Shown here piece after piece: positions 16,792 to 24,331 of a stretch of 39,086 nt of DNA (position 1 is the stretch's first letter; every line of letters begins with the position of its first letter). This DNA is from Planctomycetota bacterium. GTDB taxonomy: Bacteria; Planctomycetota; Planctomycetia; Pirellulales; S012-138. The notes below the pieces were generated by a model, which saw only the letters and a program-made list of their open reading frames with translations, did not search any database and was not told where the DNA came from. The stretch lies in the NCBI GenBank assembly GCA_026982835.1, contig JALSGI010000891.1, positions 1 to 39,086 of the forward strand. Direction: 5' to 3'. Position numbers and translations under genes: made by a program.

Positions 16792-18474
16792 CTACGGCTG
16801 CTCCCAAAGCTCGCGTAGCACCGGCTCCCGGGCCGCCGAAGGCTCCGGCACCCCGCACAGGTGGCTCACCGTGGGTGCGATGGCCGCCGGGCTGACCGGC
16901 CGCAACACCCGCTGCGGCTGAACCTTCCACGAGCTGGAAAACACCACCAGCAGCGGCACGTGCCGGTCGTAGTGCCAGGGACTGCCGTGCGTGGCGGCCG
17001 AACCGCCCAGAATGTGATACGGCTTGATCACAAACAGCACATCCCCCGAGCGACGTGGATGATAGGCGTTGCCCAGCAGCCGCAGCATCGGGGTGGTCAA
17101 GCTGCCCGAGAGCAGCTGGTCCCGTGTGGCGGCGGCCGCCACGGCCGGGTGGCGCAGCAGCCAGTCGCGGGCCAGGCGTCGGGCCACCCGGTCCAGGCCG
17201 TTTTGCCACAGCGGGTGATCCTCTACCAGGTACACGTGCCCCGGGGTGACGGCCTGTACCAGCTTCGGAGTGTCTTTCTGGACTCCCTGCAAGCGGCTGC
17301 GGAGGTGTTGTTCCAACTGGACTTCCAGTTCCACCAGGCGGCCGCCGCGGTAGGTTCCCAGGGGATTGCGGGCCGCGGGCAGCCCGTCCCGCAACGCACG
17401 CTCAGGGATCGGGGCCACACCGTGATCGGCCGAGAGGAACATCACCCAGCGGCGGCCTTCCAGCGCCCGGTCCAAAAACGCGGCAAAGCGGCCCAACTGC
17501 AAATCGGTGCGGTAGGTCATGTCCTCCACTTCCAGCGATCCGGGCCCGAAGGCGTGCCCCACGTAATCGTTGGAGGAAAGGTTGATGCAGAGCAGGTCCG
17601 GCACAGGGTCCTGGCCCAGCTCTTCTTCCACTACCAGCAGCCGGGCCACTTCCAGCGTCAGGTCGTTTCCCACGGGCGAAAGCCCCAGTTGCCGCAACAG
17701 TTGCGGGCCGGGGGTTTTGTCGAACCGGTGGGGGAAATCCTTCCCTAGCCCTGCACCGGGACGCTCGCCGTAGCTGTCTTCTTCGGGACCGTGGAGGTAC
17801 TTTTCCCGGGGCAGCAGCAGCGTCCAGCTCTTGCCCGCGTACCGCCGCCAGGACTGCTGCTGGTTGTAACGGTCCAGCCAGGGCAGGGGGGTTTTTCGGT
17901 AGTAGGTGGAGGTGACCCAGCGGGAACCGGAAAGCCAGATGGCCGCGTCGGCCCGATGGCCCGCCATGAGCACCGCCGCACGATCCTTGATGGCCACACC
18001 GAACACCTTGGCCCGGCCGCCGGTGGTGCGCTTGAGCTGGTCGCCAGCCGTCTCTACCAGCAGGTTGCGGGGCGAAGCGGCCGAGCCGCCCGAGCCACCC
18101 ACAAGCTGTTCCTGCGGATCGGCCACGCAGTACACCGAACGACCTTGCTGCCGGTCGAACCAGGCATTGCCTACAATCCCATGCTCGGGAGCATAGCAAC
18201 CGGTGAGCATCACGGCGTGCCCAGCTGCCGTGACCGTGTAGGCGTGCCGGTGCTGGCAGTTGGCATACCAGAGCCCCTGTCGCTGGGCGCGGCGGAAGAT
18301 GCCCTCGGGATGGAAGTTGACCGTAAACCGTTGCAGGTACTCGTAGGCCAGCTGGTCCACGCTCACCACCACGACCAACGCCGGCGGCTCTCCGGCCCGG
18401 GCTGGCCCGGGAAAAAACACAACTGCGGCAACCCAAACGATCAACCAGATCCAACAGACCCAGATGCTTCGCAT
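16792..18474 (-). CDS. Alkaline phosphatase family protein (type I phosphodiesterase / nucleotide pyrophosphatase fold)
   Basis: ATG 18474 preceded by GAGGAG, then a signal/TM segment. Motifs VVVSVDQL, YTVTAAGHAVMLTG (Thr nucleophile context), SSNDYVGHAFGP and LSADHG. Confidence 0.85.
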   Translation of the reverse strand: MRSIWVCWIWLIVWVAAVVFFPGPARAGEPPALVVVVSVDQLAYEYLQRFTVNFHPEGIFRRAQRQGLWYANCQHRHAYTVTAAGHAVMLTGCYAPEHGIVGNAWFDRQQGRSVYCVADPQEQLVGGSGGSAASPRNLLVETAGDQLKRTTGGRAKVFGVAIKDRAAVLMAGHRADAAIWLSGSRWVTSTYYRKTPLPWLDRYNQQQSWRRYAGKSWTLLLPREKYLHGPEEDSYGERPGAGLGKDFPHRFDKTPGPQLLRQLGLSPVGNDLTLEVARLLVVEEELGQDPVPDLLCINLSSNDYVGHAFGPGSLEVEDMTYRTDLQLGRFAAFLDRALEGRRWVMFLSADHGVAPIPERALRDGLPAARNPLGTYRGGRLVELEVQLEQHLRSRLQGVQKDTPKLVQAVTPGHVYLVEDHPLWQNGLDRVARRLARDWLLRHPAVAAAATRDQLLSGSLTTPMLRLLGNAYHPRRSGDVLFVIKPYHILGGSAATHGSPWHYDRHVPLLVVFSSSWKVQPQRVLRPVSPAAIAPTVSHLCGVPEPSAAREPVLRELWEQP

Positions 18475-18595
18475 GGCAGGCAAACTCCTCAGCGGGATCG
18501 AAGGCCAGGAAAGGGTCGCACTTGGCGGGGCCAAACCTTGGGGCTTTCCATCATACTTGCCCCGGCCCGGTTGGCCAGCAGGATCGGCGTGCGGT

Positions 18596-18622
18596 GTCTT
18601 GGGTCTTGGGTCCTAGGTCTTG
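18596..18622 (-). repeat. Heptamer run in reverse orientation (GTCTTGG GTCTTGG GTCCTAG GTCTTG)
   Basis: Its reverse complement matches 4996-5016 together with the adjoining CGGTGCGGAAGCACCG hairpin (18626-18641). Confidence 0.9.
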
Positions 18623-18642
18623 CGGCGGTGCTTCCGCACCGA

Positions 18643-18675
18643 GGGCTTGGAGGCGTGGAGGCTTGGGGGCTTGAG
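18643..18675 (-). repeat. Octamer run, reverse-complement copy
   Basis: GGGCTTGGAGGCGTGGAGGCTTGGGGGCTTGAG is the reverse complement of the 9467-9500 core. Confidence 0.9.
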
Positions 18676-19027
18676 GGGGTGCTTCCGCACCGGGCGAGCC
18701 CCGAGCTTCAGCTCGGGGAGAACAGCGAGCTGCGCACCGTCAGCCCGCGGAGGGCTTGGAGGGATACAGAGCCCCGCACGTTAGTGCGGGGAGAAACGGA
18801 ATCGGCTTGCGGCGTGCGGCCTGCGGCTTACGCCGGTGCTTCCGCACCGGGGCAAGAATAAAACGCGCTTTATGAAAAACAACGCGCCTGGTGCACCTGC
18901 TTTGATTCTTGCAACGGCGAGCCGCGTGCGGGAGCACGCGGTTGGTTTGAACCGTGTTGGCAGTTGCTCCTATTCGATGTAGCCGGGAGCTTACGCTCCC
19001 GGCTCGCCGTCGCATCTGTTTGCGCTT

Positions 19028-19096
19028 AGAGCCTATCCGAAAAATCCCTGCGTTCTCGGAAATAGTGAGGCTCGAACAATTTTTCGGATAGGCTCT
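19028..19096. repeat. Perfect 18-bp inverted repeat (AGAGCCTATCCGAAAAAT / ATTTTTCGGATAGGCTCT) around a 33-nt loop
   Basis: The arms at 19028-19045 and 19079-19096 are exact reverse complements and are unusually A/T-rich for this DNA. A half-copy (ACAATTTTTCGGGTAAGCTCTT) lies at 9566-9587. Confidence 0.85.
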
Positions 19097-19124
19097 TATA
19101 TTTTTGCATTGGAGTGGCAGCTGC

Positions 19125-19195
19125 GGCGAGCCCCGGGCTTTAGCCCGGGGAGAGCCGAATAAGCGATTTTGGTTATTTTCCTCCGCCAGCTAAAA
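19125..19195. repeat. Third copy of the composite element, right arm truncated
   Basis: Identical left arm and an A/T-rich spacer. The right arm TTCCTCCGCCAGCTAAAA breaks off and joins the GTACGTGTTTAGCGTGCCAGCA module, which is also found at 4801-4822. Confidence 0.7.
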
Positions 19196-19550
19196 CTGGG
19201 TACGTGTTTAGCGTGCCAGCACAAGACGAAGCGCCCCCAGAGCAAAAGAGTTGATTTTTTTCCGGCGAGCCGCGTGCGTGAGCACGCGGTTGCTACCGTT
19301 TGTGGCCGATGCTACGCTGGCCAACCGCCGGCCGGCGCCTGCGGCTCGCCCTTTTGCAAGAAAAAACGCTTATTCTCTCCTAGCATGGAAACGCCAAACC
19401 AAGTGACGTGCTAGCTGGCTAAACACGTACTACGCTCCCGGCTCGCCATGTGGAGTGCGGCGGCTTGCCGCCACTTTTCTCTGCTCCAGCAAGCTGGAGC
19501 ACACATGAGCGGAAGCAAGCTTCCGCACTCCAGAACTACGGCCATGAAGC

Positions 19551-22500
19551 TCAATAGCGAATGCGGGGAAAGGAGTTGCCCTGCTGCCACGGGGGAGCCA
19601 CCGGGGACGGAGCGGGGGGACGGGGCCCCGGCAGCCGCTCCAGGCCGACCTGAATCTGTTGCAGCGTGTCGCCCACCAGCGGGAACGGTTCGGAGCGGAT
19701 GCGGGGATTGTCCAGTGGGCCATCCACGTACAGCCGCAGAATCTGCCGGGAGGTGGCTCCCACCAGGTCGCCCACCAGCGGGATGCGGCGATCACTGCGC
19801 CCCACCTCGGCCCGGAAGACCAGCCGTACCTGCTTCTCCAGGTTCATCTCCCCGGCTCCCACCAACGAAATGGCGTCCCCGGCAAAGTCGATGCGGTCCA
19901 GGTAGATGTGGCTCCCCTGGAGGCGGAAGCGGATGTCGCTGGTGGTAAAGGCGGTGGTGCTGGGCAGTTGGAGCTGGAGCACCTTGAGCATGGCCACCAG
20001 CAGGGGGAGTTGATACACGTCGGCCTGGCGCAGTTGAATGTGCCCACGCCCCACCAGCGAGGGGATTCCCTGGTCGGTCCCCCGCAGCTCCAAGTGCCCG
20101 CGACACTTGCCTGATAGGTGTTGCTTGCCGCGGAAGGCTTCGCGGGCCAGGCGTTGCAGCAGCACGTCCTGGGCCTGCACGCGGAGGGCGAACTGCCCCT
20201 GGGAGCCCCAGGTGGCCCAGCCGTCCCCCCACAAGGTGCCTCCGTAGAAGCGGGCCGAAAGATGCGGCTGTTTTCCCGGTTGGATGGCGGCGGCCCGCGG
20301 GGCGCCCAACAGCACACGGTCGTTGGACAGCTCCAGCGGCCCCCGCACCTGGGTGAATTGCCAGCCCCGATAGACCAGGTTTTGCAAGTCCAACTGCCCT
20401 CGGCAGAAGAGGCGGCGCCCGTCCCAGTGCCCCCGAAGCCTCACCGTGCCGTGAAGGTCCTCCAGCAGCACGCCCACGTGCAGGTCCATCTGTTGCAGGA
20501 ACAGCTCCACGTCCCAGGCGCTTTGCCAGGGCGTGGGCTGGTCGGGGCGGAACTGCAGGGTCCAGCTGCCGCGGGCGATAAAGGGGCGATCCGGACGCAG
20601 CTTCAGCACCACCTGCTGCAGTTTCGGGGGCAAGGCGTCGCGCAGGTGGCGATCCAGCAGAACCGGCTCGGCCACGAACTGCTCGAATCGCAACTGCCAG
20701 CCTTCCGGGGGAAGCAGTTCGGCGGTGCCTTGGGCCTGAAAGCGGCTTTCGCCGTGCCGGGCCCGAAGCTGGTGCAACTGCACCCGCCCGTTGTGATAGA
20801 CGATCCGGCCTTGCAGGGCTTCCAGGCGGTAAGGGAACGAGGTCGGCTGGAGCGAAACGCTGCTGCCCACCGGCTCCAGCTCCACCCGCAGGTCGAGTTT
20901 CTTTTCCGGCGAGTGGAAGCGGACCTGGGCCGTGGCATCCACAAGCCCGTGCGGCCGAAGCTGGTTCCAAACCCGTTGTACCTTGGGCGGGAGGGCGGCT
21001 CGCAGTTCCTCGTCCAGCGGCAGGGCCAGTGCTGTCAGCTTCAGATCCAACACGGAGGACTGATCCGGGGCAAGGGTCAGCTTTCCCCCGCCGCTGATGC
21101 GGCAGCGGCCATGCGAGCCTTGCAGGTGGTGGAACGTCCAGTTGCGACCCTCCAGTTGCAGCGTGCCGCGGATGTTCTCCACGCGGAAGGGGAACTTGTC
21201 GAAGCGGATCGAGCACTCCTGCAGCCCCACCACCGCCCGGCGGTGTAGCGGTTGGCCTGGCCCGGGTCGCCAGAAGCGGGCTTGCAACCAGATCGTGCCC
21301 CGGGGCCGAAGCTGCCGCAGCACTTGCTGTCCCTTGGCGGGCATGGCGGCGATCAGCTGCCGGTCCACCGGGATGCTGCTGCCCTGCACTTTCACCCAGC
21401 CCACAAACGCCGGGCCGGGGTCCTCCACGTCGGCCGTGATCCGCAGCGGTTCCCCTCCGGCCAATCCTTGCAGCTCCAGTTGGAGGTGCTTCCCCCGCAG
21501 GGTGATCGTGCCCGTGGCTTGCTCCACCGGGTAGGGGAGCCGGTGATAGACGAACCGCATCCCCAGGCAGTGCACGTCGGCCTGCTGTAGCTGCCACTGG
21601 TCTTGGGCCCGGGAAACCGTCGCCTGGAGATTCACCGTTCCCTGGGGGCGAAACCGCGGCCACAGCTCGGCCAGAGGACCGGGCAAGTTCTGCAACAACT
21701 GCCGGTCCACGGGCAGGTTTTCCGCTTCCAGCGTCAGTTGGAGTGGCGCCTCGGGCCGCAGCCCCTCAAGCACCGCCTCCAACTTCAACCGCGTGTTGCG
21801 ACTGCGGGCCTGCACTCCTTGCAGCCGCAGCTCCTGGTGCGTGCACGTAAAGCGGCCGGAGATTTCCCGCAACGGGAAGGGCAACCGCGGGTGATCCAGC
21901 GTGCCGCGGGAGAAGCTCCCCTGCAGGTGGAATTGCAGCCCCTGGCGGCGGCGGGGGTGATAGTCGGCCTGTACTTGCGCCTCCACCCGCAATCGCATCG
22001 GCGGCACTTCGCCCAAGGCCTGCCGCAGCGGTTGCGGGAGCGAAGCGAGTAGCTCGGAACTGATCTCCAACCGCTGAATCTTGGCCCGCAACGACCAACT
22101 CCGCTGCTGCGGCACCACGGCCACGGCAAACTGCACCTGCCGCAACTGCTCCCCGGTGGCACTTCCGGCCAGGGTGAACTGCACGGGGCCTTGCTCGGGG
22201 ACTTCGCGGGCGAACCGGCCCTGAAAGTTCCACACCCGCAGCACGGCCGGGTCCGGGGCGCGGGGGTCCACCAGCTCCAGGCGGCCATCTTCGATCCGGC
22301 CGCGGATCGTCCGCTGTTTCTTGGAGAAGCGGGGCAGGGGCCAGAGCCGCTGGGGGGACCAGGAGCCGTCGGGCAGGCGCAGGGCGCGGAGCCGCGGCCT
22401 GCGCAGCACCACCTCCTCCACGACCACTTCCCCTTGCAGCAGTTGCTGCAGGTTCAACCTGGCCCGCAGCTCCAGCTCTTCGATGGCAAGCAGCAAAAGC

Positions 22501-22733
22501 GGCCCCTGCTGCCGCGGCAAGGAGAACTTCAACTCCGAGACGACCAGCCGCTGCTGATCCAGTTCAACCCCACCGACTTCCACCAGCAGGTCCGGGTAGG
22601 CTTGTTGCAGCCGCTGTTGCACCCAGGCCCGCAGCTGGCGATCCGCCACCAGGTGCCACAGCACCAGGGCCGCCATCGCAGCGAAGAGCCCCAGGGCCAG
22701 CAACCACTTCAGCAGCCGCCACCATGTGCGCAT
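19551..22733 (-). CDS. AsmA/TamB-like large envelope protein: N-terminal TM anchor, five ~118-aa internal repeats, AsmA-like C-terminus
   Basis: N-terminal helix WWRLLKWLLALGLFAAMAALVLW. Repeats each begin around (P)(V/L)D..L...LP......L.LRP.G and contain (F/L)P(Y/F).(L/V)E...G.(I/L). The C-terminus IPLVGDLVG...LRLYVDGPLDNPRI resembles AsmA/TamB C-terminal segments. The track start 22787 is a GTG; ATG 22733 is an alternative. The family call is inference from architecture. Confidence 0.6.
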   Translation of the reverse strand: MRTWWRLLKWLLALGLFAAMAALVLWHLVADRQLRAWVQQRLQQAYPDLLVEVGGVELDQQRLVVSELKFSLPRQQGPLLLLAIEELELRARLNLQQLLQGEVVVEEVVLRRPRLRALRLPDGSWSPQRLWPLPRFSKKQRTIRGRIEDGRLELVDPRAPDPAVLRVWNFQGRFAREVPEQGPVQFTLAGSATGEQLRQVQFAVAVVPQQRSWSLRAKIQRLEISSELLASLPQPLRQALGEVPPMRLRVEAQVQADYHPRRRQGLQFHLQGSFSRGTLDHPRLPFPLREISGRFTCTHQELRLQGVQARSRNTRLKLEAVLEGLRPEAPLQLTLEAENLPVDRQLLQNLPGPLAELWPRFRPQGTVNLQATVSRAQDQWQLQQADVHCLGMRFVYHRLPYPVEQATGTITLRGKHLQLELQGLAGGEPLRITADVEDPGPAFVGWVKVQGSSIPVDRQLIAAMPAKGQQVLRQLRPRGTIWLQARFWRPGPGQPLHRRAVVGLQECSIRFDKFPFRVENIRGTLQLEGRNWTFHHLQGSHGRCRISGGGKLTLAPDQSSVLDLKLTALALPLDEELRAALPPKVQRVWNQLRPHGLVDATAQVRFHSPEKKLDLRVELEPVGSSVSLQPTSFPYRLEALQGRIVYHNGRVQLHQLRARHGESRFQAQGTAELLPPEGWQLRFEQFVAEPVLLDRHLRDALPPKLQQVVLKLRPDRPFIARGSWTLQFRPDQPTPWQSAWDVELFLQQMDLHVGVLLEDLHGTVRLRGHWDGRRLFCRGQLDLQNLVYRGWQFTQVRGPLELSNDRVLLGAPRAAAIQPGKQPHLSARFYGGTLWGDGWATWGSQGQFALRVQAQDVLLQRLAREAFRGKQHLSGKCRGHLELRGTDQGIPSLVGRGHIQLRQADVYQLPLLVAMLKVLQLQLPSTTAFTTSDIRFRLQGSHIYLDRIDFAGDAISLVGAGEMNLEKQVRLVFRAEVGRSDRRIPLVGDLVGATSRQILRLYVDGPLDNPRIRSEPFPLVGDTLQQIQVGLERLPGPRPPAPSPVAPPWQQGNSFPRIRY

Positions 22734-22915
22734 CCGTGCGAGGTTCCGTGCGAAAGAGGGGGGTTCCGGGGCATGCACTGCTTGCACTCCCCGGGCGTGC
22801 AGCCGGACCGGCAGCCACTGGCCGATCAGGCCGGGTTGCGGGCAGATGTTAGGAGAATCGCCCCGGGGGGGTCAAGACAAGCCCCGGCGACCGGAATCCA
22901 AGCCCTCCTGGGCGT

Positions 22916-24331
22916 TTACTTGCCGGAGCGGGATCTGGCCCGCTGCACCGACTCGGCAACCAGTTCCACGGGGCGGGCGTCCAGGTAGCGGGCCACCAGG
23001 GTGAGCGTGTCGCGGAAGAGGCGTTCGGTGCGGGCTTGCAGCCAGCGGTCGGTGGCGTCCAGCGACTGGCGGTGGCGATTGATGCGGGCCTCGAACTGCT
23101 CCCGGCCGGGAAGCCGCAACAGCTCTTCCAGCAGGGATTGGGCCGTGTCCACGTCTCCTTCGGCCAGCCGCTTTTCGATGCGGCGAATGAGAATCTGCCG
23201 CTGGATCACCACGTCGATCACCTCTTGCTGCAACGCGATCAGAAACGACTCGGTGGCCAGGCGCTGGTCGTCATTGTACACGGGGGCTTCGATCCGGGCC
23301 TCCAGTCCCGGCACGAAGGGGATGCGGGCCAGCACCTGGTAGCCGCTGCGCACAAGCAGCAGTCGCAACCGGTCTCCCGACGGTAACTCCAACTGGCCCA
23401 GGTGGTCGGTCCAACCCAGCGAGACGGTCTTCGGATCGTCCGGCCCGTAAACCAGCACTTCGTATCCTTCCAGGGGGATGCGGGCTCGGTCGTTGCTGAC
23501 CACTTGCAGCACCGTGCGTCGGGGCTGGGGGCGGACCAGCATGGCCACCATGCGGGTGCGGCCGCGGCGGCGGCGAGACAGGGGGGAACGCAAGCCGCTG
23601 AACACCTGGCAGTGAGCCAGGGGGCCTTCCCGCCGCTGGATGCGCAGAAAAGTCCAGGCAATGGCTCGAATCCGCCGCGGGTTCCCCTGGCGATCGTCGT
23701 AGCGGATCACCGGCAACAGCAGGGCACCCGGACGCAGGGGATCGGCCAGGCTGTCCCGCCAGGGGCGGGTACCGGCCCGCAACTGCACCAGGGCCGTTTT
23801 CCCCCTGGCCGTGTCGATGCGGGCCAGGGGCCGAAAGCAGCGTACCAGCAAGTGGCAGGCGGCCCGGGGCAGCAGCCGCAGGGAGCCGCATGCGGCCTTG
23901 CGCACCGGCCCCCAGCGACGCGAAAACACGTCCACCTCCCGGCACCAGAGCTGATAGCCCCCGGCCTGCCAGGAAAGCCCCAGCAGGAAAACCTTGTCCT
24001 GCTGGTCCCAGACCCCCGGCAGCTGCTCCCAGGGGAGTTCCTGTTCCGGAGCCAGCCGGGCCAGGGGGCCGGCGGCGGGGACCACCTCCAGTTGCCAGGC
24101 GGCTCCCATCACCAGATCCACCTGCTGCAACAGCCCTTGGCGGAGTTGCTCTTCGGCGGGCCAGGGCTGCTGGGGCTTCCACGGCACGATCAGCTCGCAG
24201 CGGACGCGGTAAGGGTCTCCTTCCCAGGAAACCGCCGACTGGGCCAGCAGTTCCTGCCACCCTCCGCCGCCCCCCGCCAAGAGCACGGCGGCGGCCAAAG
24301 CCCGAAACGCCACAGGGAATTCTCGACTCAT
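22916..24331 (-). CDS. Hypothetical secreted protein (471 aa), no recognised family
   Basis: ATG 24331 overlaps the upstream stop (ATGA at 24328-24331). Signal peptide FRALAAAVLLAGGGGG. A possible carboxypeptidase-regulatory-like beta segment (VLQVVSNDRARIPLEGYEVLVYG) and a helical C-terminus. Confidence 0.55.
   Translation of the reverse strand: MSREFPVAFRALAAAVLLAGGGGGWQELLAQSAVSWEGDPYRVRCELIVPWKPQQPWPAEEQLRQGLLQQVDLVMGAAWQLEVVPAAGPLARLAPEQELPWEQLPGVWDQQDKVFLLGLSWQAGGYQLWCREVDVFSRRWGPVRKAACGSLRLLPRAACHLLVRCFRPLARIDTARGKTALVQLRAGTRPWRDSLADPLRPGALLLPVIRYDDRQGNPRRIRAIAWTFLRIQRREGPLAHCQVFSGLRSPLSRRRRGRTRMVAMLVRPQPRRTVLQVVSNDRARIPLEGYEVLVYGPDDPKTVSLGWTDHLGQLELPSGDRLRLLLVRSGYQVLARIPFVPGLEARIEAPVYNDDQRLATESFLIALQQEVIDVVIQRQILIRRIEKRLAEGDVDTAQSLLEELLRLPGREQFEARINRHRQSLDATDRWLQARTERLFRDTLTLVARYLDARPVELVAESVQRARSRSGK

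Larger units (their letters stand above)
18560..19550. repeat. Intergenic repeat cluster 4 (largest, about 1 kb)
   Basis: Units at 18693-18723(+), 18724-18754(+), 18769-18796(+), 18916-18945(+), 18981-19008(-), 19125-19156(+), 19264-19293(+), 19321-19350(-), plus truncated copies at 19178-19195 and 19431-19447. TTCC-loop hairpins at 18626-18641, 18678-18691 and 18833-18850. Heptamer run at 18596-18622. Octamer run at 18643-18675. Other palindromes at 19484-19499 and 19509-19526. Confidence 0.9.

Noticed and set aside
4677-19550. CRISPR-array interpretation of the four repeat clusters
   Set aside because: There is no single direct repeat of constant length at regular spacing. The modules occur in both orientations, abut each other without unique spacers of uniform size, and no cas genes are present.
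4677-19550. Claim that all hairpin loops are GNRA tetraloops
   Set aside because: Only some are (GGAA, GTGA, GTAA, GGGA, GAGA). Many loops are TTTA, TTCA, GTCA or GTTA, so the general pattern is KTNA on one strand and I do not assert a GNRA rule.
19792-21663. 623-aa same-strand alternative-frame ORF inside the AsmA/TamB-like gene, and plus-strand ORFs 20118..21248 and 21603..22052
   Set aside because: These are off-frame or antisense with Pro/Gly/Arg/Ala-rich translations. The 19551..22787 frame shows a TM anchor and a coherent five-fold repeat architecture.
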